In this document: positions 51,531 through 64,000 of the stretch, one piece after another
Layout: every line of letters begins with the position of its first letter
How positions within the stretch are numbered: the first letter of the stretch is position 1
Assembly (NCBI RefSeq): GCF_964355755.1
Contig: NC_092678.1
Location: 13,452,352-13,516,351 of the forward strand
DNA: 64,000 nucleotides
Direction of reading: 5' to 3'
DNA from: Antedon mediterranea
Lineage: Eukaryota; Animalia; Echinodermata
Program-made: the position numbers and the translations under genes
Notes under the pieces: generated by a model
Databases searched by the model: none
The model's input: the letters and a program-made list of their open reading frames with translations, nothing else
Told to the model about the DNA's origin: nothing

Positions 51531-54500
51531 AGGTTATATGCATGCATTCATGCATATAACCTCTTGATTCTGTCAAAATCTTTATTGGTTATCCGCCTCA
51601 AGCGGATAAGCATTTGTTATTGTAGTGTTACTTTTTTTTTTTTTTATTATTCTTCTTTCTTTCTCAGATTTTGTGCACGCGTTTTCTCTTCAACGTGTTA
51701 ACATAACATGTTGTAACTTGGTCAACATTTAGACATTTAACTGAAGATGTTCAGCCAAGCTTTTGGACGCTGTCAGATCCGCGTAGCGTAAGTCACGCGC
51801 GATTTTCTGAAAATCTTAAATCGGTCATAACTTTGAAACCGATAAATATTTTTTAACGAAATTTTCAGCCACGTTTTCTTCACATCAATGGCTAACTTTT
51901 GGAATGTTTAACAAATTTTTGGAGATTAGAAAGTTTTCGCGTAAATTGAGTTTGAAATATTTTACTCTTCTTATTTTGTGCACGCTGTTTCTCTTCAACG
52001 TGTAAACATAATATGTTGTAACTTGTTCAGCATTTAGACATTTTACTGAAGTTGTCCAGCCAAGCTTTTTGACGATGTCAGAGCCGCGTAGCGTAAGTTA
52101 CGCGTGATTTTCTGAAAATCTTAAATCGGTTATAACTTCGAAACAAATGAATATTTTTTAACGTCATTTTCAGCCACGTTTGCTTCACATCAATAGTTAA
52201 CTTTTTTAACGCTACCGCAATTTGTAACATTAGAAAGTGCGCGCGTAAATGGCGTTTGAAATTTTAAAATGCTTCAAATCAATTTCTGATTAAATTAGAG
52301 CACGATTCAGGTCATTTTAAGCGTTTAAAAAATTACCACTGGTGCGCACATTTTTACGCGCGCACGGCGCAGGGAACACGTTTGAGCATTTCTTTTACAC
52401 GATTTGTGTTTTTAAATCTTCGGTTAACAATTTTACGTTATTTTATTCACTTTTCAACATGAAATGGCGTTCTACGAGCACGTTAAACATGACAGGTTGC
52501 GCACGAAAACGTCAACAAATTGTGAAAATGTTGCAAAATATGTCTACTTTTAAAAATGAAACAGTTCATCAGAATGCAAGGTTAGCCCCATTTTTTATTT
52601 TATTTTCTTGCAGTGGATGAATCATAGGTGTGATTTATTATAGTCTTGAATGTTAAAAAGTGTTTGATGGCTACATTATTTGCATATTAAATGTAATTTT
52701 TGAAATAATTATCATCAAACAAACATAAACATATTCAAAGAGCAAAACAATAAACATAACGCTTATCTTTTTTCTTTACATGTTGATATATAAAACTTGA
52801 AAGTATACACTTTGCTAATATGTCACTGTTTAAAATTTGTGAAGATTTCATCATAGTAAAATGTATGATTTAAGTTTGATATGTAATAATCAACTTGCAT
52901 CGAGGGGATTCACGACATACCGAATGAACGAGGACTCTTTCTTCGGATTTTCTTCAGCAGGTGCTCATATGGCTCGATGTGTAGTGCAACCGACTTTGGT
53001 ATCAGAGGTACCGGATTCGAATCCCATCACGGGAAAGAAATTAATTAAAAAGGATTTATTTGGTTATTACACTGAAATGGCAGTTTTAATTTTGAATAGG
53101 CTACCCTTTTTTGGAAAAGTCATAACTGAGAAGTACTTGAATACGCAAGATACGTTTTGTTGCGGGCGGATAACCAAACTCGTCCTCAAGTGACGAGTTT
53201 AGATCTAGTTGGTTATCCGCCTCAAGCGGATAACCTTTGTTATTGTAGTGTTACTTTTTTTTTTTATTATTCTTCTTTCTTTCTCCGATTTTGTGTACGC
53301 GTTTTCTCTTGAACGTGTTAACATAACATTTTGTAACTTGGTCAACATATAGACAATTAACTGAAGATGTACTGCGAAGCTTTTTGACAATGTCAGATCC
53401 GCGTAGCGTAAGTTACGCGCGATTTTCTGAAAATCTTAAATCGGTCATAACTTCGAAACCGATAAATATTTTTTAACGAAATTTTCAGCCACGTTTTCTT
53501 CACATCAATGGCTAACTTTTTCGCTCTTCAGCAAATTTTTGAACACTAGAAAGTCTGCGCGTAAACTGCGTTTGAAATTTTAAAATGCTCCTAATTTGTG
53601 CACGCTGTTTCTCTGTAACGCGTTAACATAACATTTTGTAACTTGTTCAACATATAGACATTTTACTGAAGTTGTCCAGCCAAGCTTTTTGACGATGTCA
53701 GAGCCGCGTAGCGTAAGTTACGCGTGATTTTCTGAAAATCTTAAATTGGTTATAACTTCGAAACAAATGAATATTTTTTAACGTCATTTTCAGCCACGTT
53801 TGCTTCACATCAATAGTTAACTTTTTTAACGCTATCGCAATTTGTAACATTAGAAAGTGCGCGCGTAAATGGCGTTTGAAATTTTAAAATGCTTCAAATC
53901 AATTTCTGATTAAATTAGAGCACGATTCAGGTCATTTTAAGCGTTTAAAAAATTGCCACTGGTGCGCACATTTTTACGCGCGCACGGCGCAGGGAACAGG
54001 TATGAGCATTTCTTTTACACGATTTGTGTTTTTAAATCTTCTGTTAACAATTTTACGTTATTTTATTCACTTTTCAACTTGAAATGGCGTTCTACGAGCA
54101 CGTTAAACATGACAGGTTGCGCACGAAAACGTCAACAAATTGTGAAAATGTTCTAAAATATGTCTACTTTTAAAAATGACACAGTTCATCAGAATGCAAG
54201 GTTACCCCCATTTTTTATTTTAATTTCTTGCAGTGTATGAATCATAGGTCTGATTTATTATAGTGTTGAATGCTAAAACGTGTTTGATGGCTACATTATT
54301 TGCATATTAAATATAATTTTTGAAATATTTATCATCAAACAAACATAAACTTATTCAAAGAGCAAAACAATAAACATAACATTTATCTTTTTTCTTTACA
54401 TGTTAATATATAAAACTTGAAAGTATGTACTTTCATAAAATATCAGCGTTTAAAATTTTTGAAGATTTCATCATAGTAAAATTTATGATTTAAGTTTGAT

Positions 54501-57500
54501 ATGTAATAATCAACTTGCATCGAGGGGGTTCACGACATACCGAATGAACGAGGACTCTTTCTTCGGATTTTCGTCAGCAGGTGGTCATATGGCTCGATGT
54601 GTAATGCAACCGACTTTGGTATCAGAGGTACCGGGTTCGAGTTCCGTCACGGGAAAACAATTAATTAAAAGGGTTTAGTTGGTTATTACACTGAGAGGGC
54701 AGTTTTAATTTTGAATAGCCTACTTTTTTTGGAAAAGTCATAACTTGGAAGTACTTGAATACGCAAGATACGCTTTGTTGCTGGCGGATAACCAAACTCG
54801 TCCTCAAGTGACGAGTTTAAGTTCTAGTTTATTTATTCTTTCCTTAGCACTATTTTGTCCGTGAATTATCTTGATATCAGTTTCATCTATTTAAGTCAAT
54901 TTTTCAGAGTATATTCCTTATGGCCAGGAATCGATGTGGTTATATTTTCACGATGCGTAATCAAAAATTACGCGGTCTACGCGCGATTTTACGAAATCAC
55001 GTTTGTAATCATATCTTCACAAGCATGAATCACAATTAAACAAAATTTGGTACTCATAAATTTCAGGTCATATTTCATCATATGGCAATACAATTACGTG
55101 CGTAGCGCATATAACGCTTGCGTACGCGCGCTTAAAATGTTCAAAATTGTCAAAATTTATTTTCGATGAAATTAGAGTACGTTTCAGGCAATTTTAAGCG
55201 TTTAAAAAATTGCCATGAGTGCGCAGATTTTTGCACGCGCACTGCGCGTTATACGTTAATGCGCACTCTTTTTGTCCGATTTCGGTTGTACAACCTTTCT
55301 TTAATAATATCATCATATTTTATTCACTTTTCAACGCGTAATTGCCTTATACGAGCACGTCAAAAGTGACAGGCTACGCACGTGTAAGTTAACAAAATGG
55401 TGAAAATATGCTAAATTTTAAAATTAATATAGATCGTCAGAATGCTCGGGAACACATATTTTTTATTTCATTTTCTTGAAGTGTATGTATCTTATGTATG
55501 ATTTATTATTAAACTAAGGGAACAAAAGTTGATTAAGCCATAATTAATTGCATATTAAATTAAAAAAAATTCATTTCGACAATCAAACAAATTATGACAT
55601 TTTCTTAGGCCAAAATAACAAACTTAACATTAACTTTCTTCCTTCAAAAGTTCATATATTAAAGTTAAAAGTATATAGTTTGACAGTGCATCATTTTTGT
55701 ACATTTTTAGAGATGTCATCATAGTAAAAAATTATAATTCATTGCGGTATGTAATAATCTATCTGCACCAAAGTGGTTACTGCATAGTAAATACACGGAG
55801 GAATTTTTCTACAATTTTTAGTCAGTTGTGTATGGCTCGGTGGTGTGTGCTCGTGTCTATGGCACTCAAGGTACCGAGATCGAGTCTCACCTTGGGAAAC
55901 GAAATACATTTTTTTTTTTATTATCCGTATTGTTTGTTCAAATTTATTTCTTAGTGTATATATTATACACATGATTTATAATGAAATCTAGATAAAAAAT
56001 AACTTATGTCTTTATTATTATGTAACAGCAAATGTGGTTTATGACATTATACGCAGAGGGATCTTTGATCGGATTGTGATACCGGCTATTGTATTCGCGT
56101 TAGCAAGGTCCTATCATAAATATATTATATATTATTTAAAGAATCTGAGAAAATCAATGAATCAAAATATCTTTTAAAAATAAATTATCTTTATTTTAAT
56201 TATCAATGCATATAACCTATAATTCGTCATAGTGACGAATTAAATCTAGTTAGGTTATATGCATTATCATGCATATAACCTCTTGATTCTGTCAAAATCT
56301 TTATTTATTGGTTATCCGCCTCAAGCGGATAACCTTTGTTATTGGTTATCCGCCTCAAGCGGATAACCTTTGTTATTGGTTATCCGCCTCAAGGCGGATA
56401 AGCTCTTGGAATTGTAGTGTTTCTTTTTTTTATTATTCTTCCATATTTCCGCCACTTTTTGTGTTCAACTTTTCTCTGCAACGTGTTAACATAACATGTT
56501 GTAACTTTGTAAACATTTCGACATTTAACTGAAGTTGTGCAGCGAAGCTTTTGGACGCTGTCAGATCCGCGTAGCGTAAGTTACGCGCGAATTTCTGAAA
56601 ATCTTAAGTTGATCATAACTTCGAAACAAATATATATTTTTTAACCTAATTTCCAGCCACGTTTGCTTCACATCAATTGCTAACTTTTTCATCGCTACCG
56701 ACATTTGTAACATTGGAAAGTGCGCGCGTAAACGGCTTTTGAAATTTTAAAATGCTCCAAATCAATTTCTGATTAAATTAGAGCACGATTCAGGTCATTT
56801 TAAGGGTTTGAAAAATTGCCACCAGGTGCGCACATTTTTACGTGCGCACGGCGCAGGGAACACGTATGAGCATTTCTTTTGCACGAGTTGTGTTTTTCAA
56901 TCTTCGGTTAACAATTTTACGTTATTTTAATCACTATTCAACTTGAAATGACGTTCTACGAGCACGTTAAACATGACTGGTTGCGCACGTAAAATGTTGA
57001 AAAAATTTGAAAATGTTGCAAAATATGTATACTTTTAAAAATGATACAGTTCATCAGAATGCAAGGTTACCCCCATTTTTTATTTTATTTTCTTGCAGTG
57101 TATGAATCATAGGTCTGATTTATTATAGTGTCGAATGTTAAAAGGTGTTTGGTGGCTACATTATTTTCATATTAAATACAATTTTTGAAATTTTTATCAT
57201 CAAACAAACATAAACATTTTCAAAGAGCAAAATAATAAACATAACGTTTATCTTTTTTCTTCACATGTTAATATATAAAACTTAAAAGTATGCACTTTCA
57301 TAATATGTCACTGTTTAAAATTTGTGAAGATTTCTTCATAGTAACAATTATGATTTAGTTTGATAAGTAATAATCTATTTGCATCGAGTGGTTCACGACA
57401 TACCGAATGAACGAGTAAACTTTCGTCGGATTTATTTCAGCAGGTGCTCATATGGCTCAATGTGTAGTGCCACCGACTTTGGTATCAGAGGTACCGGGAT

Positions 57501-60500
57501 CGAGTCCCGTCACGGGAAAACAATTTAATAAAAGGATTTATTTGGTTGTTACACTGAAAAGGCAGTTTTAATTTCGAATTGGCTACTTTTTGGAAAAGCC
57601 ATAACTGAAAAGTACTTGAATGCGCAAGATACGTTTTGTGGCGGGCGGATAACCAAACTCGTCCTCAAGTGACGAGTTCAGATCTAGTTGTAGTGTTACT
57701 TTTTTTTTTTATTATTCTTCTTTCTTTCTCCGATTTTGTGTACGCGTTTTCTCTTGAACGTGTTAACATAACATTTTGTAACTTGGTCAACATATAGACA
57801 ATTAACTGAAGATGTACTGCGAAGCTTTTTGACAATGTCAGATCCGCGTAGCGTAAGTTACGCGCGATTTTCTGAAAATCTTAAATCGGTCATAACTTCG
57901 AAACCGATAAATATTTTTTAACGAAATTTTCAGCCACGTTTTCTTCACATCAATGGCTAACTTTTTCGCTCTTCAGCAAATTTTTGAACACTAGAAAGTC
58001 TGCGCGTAAACTGCGTTTGAAATTTTAAAATGCTCCTAATTTGTGCACGCTGTTTCTCTGTAACGCGTTAACATAACATTTTGTAACTTGTTCAACATAT
58101 AGACATTTTACTGAAGTTGTCCAGCCAAGCTTTTTGACGATGTCAGAGCCGCGTAGCGTAAGTTACGCGTGATTTTCTGAAAATCTTAAATTGGTTATAA
58201 CTTCGAAACAAATGAATATTTTTTAACGTCATTTTCAGCCACGTTTGCTTCACATCAATAGTTAACTTTTTTAACGCTATCGCAATTTGTAACATTAGAA
58301 AGTGCGCGCGTAAATGGCGTTTGAAATTTTAAAATGCTTCAAATCAATTTCTGATTAAATTAGAGCACGATTCAGGTCATTTTAAGCGTTTAAAAAATTG
58401 CCACTGGTGCGCACATTTTTACGCGTGCACGGCGCAGGGAACAGGTATGAGCATTTCTTTTACACGATTTGTGTTTTTAAATCTTCTGTTAACAATTTTA
58501 CGTTATTTTATTCACTTTTCAACTTGAAATGGCGTTCTACGAGCACGTTAAACATGACAGGTTGCGCACGAAAACGTCAACAAATTGTGAAAATGTTCCA
58601 AAATATGTCTACTTTTAAAAATGACACAGTTCATCAGAATGCAAGGTTACCCCCATTTTTTATTTTAATTTCTTGCAGTGTATGAATCATAGGTCTGATT
58701 TATTATAGTGTTGAATGCTAAAACGTGTTTGATGGCTACATTATTTGCATATTAAATATAATTTTTGAAATATTTATCATCAAACAAACATAAACTTATT
58801 CAAAGAGCAAAACAATAAACATAACATTTATCTTTTTTCTTTACATGTTAATATATAAAACTTGAAAGTATGTACTTTCATAAAATATCAGCGTTTAAAA
58901 TTTTTGAAGATTTCATCATAGTAAAATTTATGATTTAAGTTTGATATGTAATAATCAACTTGCATCGAGGGGGTTCACGACATACCGAATGAACGAGGAC
59001 TCTTTCTTCGGATTTTCGTCAGCAGGTGGTCATATGGCTCGATGTGTAATGCAACCGACTTTGGTATCAGAGGTACCGGGTTCGAGTCCCGTCACGGGAA
59101 AACAATTAATTAAAAGGGTTTAGTTGGTTATTACACTGAGAGGGCAGTTTTAATTTTGAATAGCCTACTTTTTTTGGAAAAGTCATAACTTGGAAGTACT
59201 TGAATACGCAAGATACGCTTTGTTGCTGGCGGATAACCAAACTCGTCCTCAAGTGACGAGTTTAAGTTCTAGTTGTAGTGTTACTTTTTTTTTTTATTAT
59301 TCTTCTTTCTTTCTCCGATTTTGTGTACGCGTTTTCTCTTGAACGTGTTAACATAACATTTTGTAACTTGGTCAACATATAGACAATTAACTGAAGATGT
59401 ACTGCGAAGCTTTTTGACAATGTCAGATCCGCGTAGCGTAAGTTACGCGCGATTTTCTGAAAATCTTAAATCGGTCATAACTTCGAAACCGATAAATATT
59501 TTTTAACGAAATTTTCAGCCACGTTTTCTTCACATCAATGTCTAACTTTTTCGCTCTTCAGCAAATTTTTGAACACTAGAAAGTCTGCGCGTAAACTGCG
59601 TTTGAAATTTTAAAATGCTCCTAATTTGTGCACGCTGTTTCTCTGTAACGCGTTAACATAACATTTTGTAACTTGTTCAACATATAGACATTTTACTGAA
59701 GTTGTCCAGCCAAGCTTTTTGACGATGTCAGAGCCGCGTAGCGTAAGTTACGCGTGATTTTCTGAAAATCTTAAATTGGTTATAACTTCGAAACAAATGA
59801 ATATTTTTTAACGTCATTTTCAGCCACGTTTGCTTCACATCAATAGTTAACTTTTTTAACGCTATCGCAATTTGTAACATTAGAAAGTGCGCGCGTAAAT
59901 GGCGTTTGAAATTTTAAAATGCTTCAAATCAATTTCTGATTAAATTAGAGCACGATTCAGGTCATTTTAAGCGTTTAAAAAATTGCCACTGGTGCGCACA
60001 TTTTTACGCGCGCACGGCGCAGGGAACAGGTATGAGCATTTCTTTTACACGATTTGTGTTTTTAAATCTTCTGTTAACAATTTTACGTTATTTTATTCAC
60101 TTTTCAACTTGAAATGGCGTTCTACGAGCACGTTAAACATGACAGGTTGCGCACGAAAACGTCAACAAATTGTGAAAATGTTCCAAAATATGTCTACTTT
60201 TAAAAATGACACAGTTCATCAGAATGCAAGGTTACCCCCATTTTTTATTTTAATTTCTTGCAGTGTATGAATCATAGGTCTGATTTATTATAGTGTTGAA
60301 TGCTAAAACGTGTTTGATGGCTACATTATTTGCATATTAAATATAATTTTTGAAATATTTATCATCAAACAAACATAAACTTATTCAAAGAGCAAAACAA
60401 TAAACATAACATTTATCTTTTTTCTTTACATGTTAATATATAAAACTTGAAAGTATGTACTTTCATAAAATATCAGCGTTTAAAATTTTTGAAGATTTCA

Positions 60501-63500
60501 TCATAGTAAAATTTATGATTTAAGTTTGATATGTAATAATCAACTTGCATCGAGGGGGTTCACGACATACCGAATGAACGAGGACTCTTTCTTCGGATTT
60601 TCGTCAGCAGGTGGTCATATGGCTCGATGTGTAATGCAACCGACTTTGGTATCAGAGGTACCGGGTTCGAGTCCCGTCACGGGAAAACAATTAATTAAAA
60701 GGGTTTAGTTGGTTATTACACTGAGAGGGCAGTTTTAATTTTGAATAGCCTACTTTTTTTGGAAAAGTCATAACTTGGAAGTACTTGAATACGCAAGATA
60801 CGCTTTGTTGCTGGCGGATAACCAAACTCGTCCTCAAGTGACGAGTTTAAGTTCTAGTTGGTTATCCGCCTCAAGCGGATAAGCATTTGTTATTGTAGTG
60901 TTACTTTTTTTTTTTTTTTATTATTCTTCTTTCTTTCTCAGATTTTGTGCACGCGTTTTCTCTTCAACGTGTTACCATAACATGTTGTAACTTGGTCAAC
61001 ATTTAGACATTTAACTGAAGATGTTAAGCCAAGCTTTTGGACGCTGTCAGATCCGCGTAGCGTAAGTCACGCGCGATTTTCTGAAAATCTTAAATCGGTC
61101 ATAACTTCGAAACCGATAAATATTTTTTAACGAAATTTTAAGCCACGTTTTCTTCACATCAATGGCTAACTTTTGGAATGTTTAACAAATTTTTGGAGAT
61201 TAGAAAGTTTTCGCGTAAATTGCGTTTGAAATATTTTACTCTTCTTATTTTGTGCACGCTGTTTCTCTTCAACGTGTAAACATAATATGTTGTAACTTGT
61301 TCAGCATTTAGACATTTTACTGAAGTTGTCCAGCCAACCTTTTTGACGATGCCAGAGCCGCGTAGCGTAAGTTACGCGTGATTTTCTGAAAATCTTAAAT
61401 TGGTTATAACTTCGAAACAAATGAATATTTTTTAACGCCATTTTCAGCCACGTTTGCTTCACATCAATAGTTAACTTTTTTAACGCTACCGCAATTTGTA
61501 ACATTAGAAAGTGCGCGCGTAAACGGCGTTTGAAATTTTAAAATGCTTCAAATCAATTTCTGATTAAATTAGAGCACGATTCAGGTCATTTTAAGCGTTT
61601 AAAAAATTGCCACTGGTGCGCACATTTTTACGCGCGCATGGCGCAGGGAACACGTATGAGCATTTCTTTTACACGATTTGTGTTTTTAAATCTTCGGTTA
61701 ACAATTTTACGTTATTTTATTCACTTTTCAACTTGAAATGGCGTTCTACGAGCACGTTAAACATGACAGGTTGTGCACGAAAACGTCAAAAAATTGTGAA
61801 AATGTTGCAAAATATGTCTACTTTTAAAAATGAAACAGTTCATCAGAATGCAAGGTTACCCCCATTTTTTATTTTAATTTCTTGCAGTGTATGAATCATA
61901 GCTCTGATTTATTATAGTCTTGAATGTTAAAAAGTGTTTGATGGCTTCATTATTTGCATAATAAATGTAATTTTTGAAAAAATTATCATCAAACAAACAT
62001 AAACATATTCAAAGAGTAAAACAATAAACATAACGTTTATCTTTTTTCTTTACATGTTAATATATAAAACTTGAAAGTATGCACTTTCATAATATGTCAC
62101 TGTTTAAAATTTGTGAAGATTTCATCATAGTAAAAATTATGATTTAAGTTGATTATGTAATAATCAACTTGCATCGAGGGGGTTCACGACATACCGAATG
62201 AACGAGGAATCTTTCTTCGGATTTTCTTCAGCAGGTGCTCATATGGCTGGATGTGTAGTGCAACCGACTTTGGTACCAGAGGTACCGGGTTCGAATCCCA
62301 TAATGGGAAAACAATTAATTAAAAGGATTTATTTGGTTATTACACTGAAAGGCCAGTTTTAATTTTGAATAGGCTACTTTTTTTGGAAAAGTCATAACTG
62401 AGAAGTACTTTAATACGCAAGATACGTTTTGTTGCGGGCGGATAACCAAACTCGTCCTCAAGTGACGAGTTTAGATCTAGTTATTCTTCTTTCTTTCTCA
62501 GATTTTGTGCACGCGTTTTCTCTTGAACGTGTTAACATAACATTTTGTAACTTGGTCAACATATAGACAATTAACTGAAGATATACTGCCAAGCTTTTTG
62601 ACAATGTCAGATCCGCGTAGCGTAAGTTACGCGCGATTTTCTGAAAATCTTAAATCGGTCATAACTTCGAAACCGATAAATATTTTTTAACGAAATTTTC
62701 AGCCACGTTTTCTTCACATCAATGGCTAACTTTTGGAATGTTTAACAAATTTTTGGAGATTAGAAAGTTTTCGCGTAAATTGCGTTTGAAATATTTTACT
62801 CTTCTTATTTTGTGCACGCTGTTTCTCTTCAACGTGTAAACATAATATGTTGTAACTTGTTCAGCATTTAGACATTTTACTGAAGTTGTCCAGCCAAGCT
62901 TTTTGACGATGTCAGAGCCGCGTAGCGTAAGTTACGCGTGATTTTCTGAAAATCTTAAATTGGTTATAACTTCGAAACAAATGAATATTTGTTAACGTCA
63001 TTTTCAGCCACGTTTGCTTCTCATCAATAGTTAACTTTTTTAACGCTACCGCAATTTGTAACATTAGAAAGTGCGCGCGTAAATGGCGTTTGAAATTTTA
63101 AAATGCTTCAAATCAATTTCTGATTAAATTAGAGCACGATTCAGGTCATTTTAAGCGTTGTAAAAATTGCCACTGGTGCGCACATTTTTACGCGCGCACG
63201 GCGCAGGGAACACGTATGAACATTTCTTTTGCACGATTTGTGTTTTTAAATCTTCGGTTAACAATTTTACGTTATTTTATTCACTTTTCAACTTGAAATG
63301 GCGTTCTACGAGCACGTTAAACATGACAGGTTGCGCACGAAAACGTCAACAAATTGTGAAAATGTTGCAAAATATGTTTACTTTTAAAAATGAAACAGTT
63401 CATCAGAATGCAAGGTTACCCCAATTTTTTATTTTATTTTCTTGCAGTGTATTAATCATAGGTCTAATTTATTATAGTCTTGAATGTTAAAAAGTGTTTG

Positions 63501-63710
63501 ATAGCTACATTATTTGCATATTAAATGTAATTTTTGAAATAATTATCATCAAACTAACATAAACATATTCAAAGAGTAAAACAATATACATAACGTTTAT
63601 CTTTTTTCTTTACATGTTAATATATAAAACTTGAAAGTATGCACTTTCATAATATGTAACTGTTTAAAATTTGTGAAGATTTCATCATAGTAAAAATTAT
63701 GATTTAAGTT
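51531..63710 (+). mobile_element. Tandem/nested array of non-autonomous Helentron (Helitron2/HINE-type) elements of two related families
   Basis: Family A units are 51587-53210, 53211-54829, 56378-57689, 57690-59274, 59275-60859, 60860-62482 and 62483-63710. Each has a 5' palindrome GGTTATCCGC..GCGGATAA(C/G)C where the head is present, a 3' subTIR GCGGATAACC, a hairpin AAACTCGTC/GACGAGTTT and a CTAGTT end. Family B (51531-51586 plus 54830-56251; a second head at 56252-56309) uses GGTTATATGCA/TGCATATAACC and the hairpin AATTCGTCA/TGACGAATT. Confidence 0.88.
52963..53035 (+). other. tRNA-derived module (A-box/B-box) inside the Helentron unit; repeated at about 54583, 55828, 57446, 59028, 60613 and 62238
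   Basis: TGGCTCGATGTG (A box), arm CCGAC-TTTGGTA-TCAGAGG and GG(A/G)TTCGA(A/G)TCCC (B box). The stems are imperfect, so this is not a functional tRNA. Confidence 0.7.
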
Positions 63711-63711
63711 T

Positions 63712-64000
63712 TCAATAAATAGAGTTTCAATAGATAGAGTACCATATACTAAATTTCTCGGTGTCGTCATTGATGAGAAACTGAACTTTAGACACCATAC
63801 AAATGCAGTTTCTTGTAAAGCATCCTCAATAATTGGTGCCATGTGTCATATAAAAAAATTAGTATCTACTGAAGTGTTACTTACCATATACAAGACACTT
63901 ATATTACCAGTGTTGACATATGGTATTATTGTATGGGGTGCGGGGAACAAAGACAATTTGGATCGCCTTCTATTGCTTCAGAAAAAAGCTCTTAGGATCA
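63712..64000 (+). mobile_element. 5'-truncated L2/Crack/CR1-group LINE RT fragment running off the window
   Basis: Open frame TKFLGVVIDEKLNFRHH...IYKTLILPVLTYGIIVWG...LQKKALRI. Confidence 0.9.

Noticed and set aside
52342-63490. Repeated ORFs MPLVRTFLRAHGAG... and MICNNQLASRG...
   Set aside because: They have non-ATG starts, variable stops between copies and no recognisable domain; they are incidental frames in the Helentron units.

Overview
This is AT-rich animal genomic DNA (spliceosomal introns, abundant TAGGCCTA motifs). A marine invertebrate, possibly an echinoderm-type genome, is my inference and is not provable from the window. It is almost entirely a stack of nested transposable elements. 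The only convincing host-type coding sequence is a divergent ANTP-class homeobox exon (11727-12131, minus). From left to right the window holds: (TA)n-associated Penelope-like fragments with hammerhead ribozyme motifs, split by an Academ-like element; a solo LTR; an RTE-like LINE tail; a decayed DIRS1-like tyrosine-recombinase retrotransposon with its ITR/ICR structure; an L1/Tx1-type LINE split by a piggyBac-like MITE; a 9.3-kb Chapaev-like (RAG1/Transib-related) transposon with CACAGCT termini, a 4-bp TSD, asymmetric RSS-like ends and four levels of nested MITEs; a young Gmr1-type Gypsy LTR element (integrase before RT) with a near-complete intron-containing PIF/Harbinger transposon in its 5' LTR; and a 12-kb array of Helentron-type non-autonomous elements. 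The array units each carry a tRNA-like module and have inserted into one another at the same TT site. All family assignments come from motifs and terminal structures read by eye; no database searches were run.
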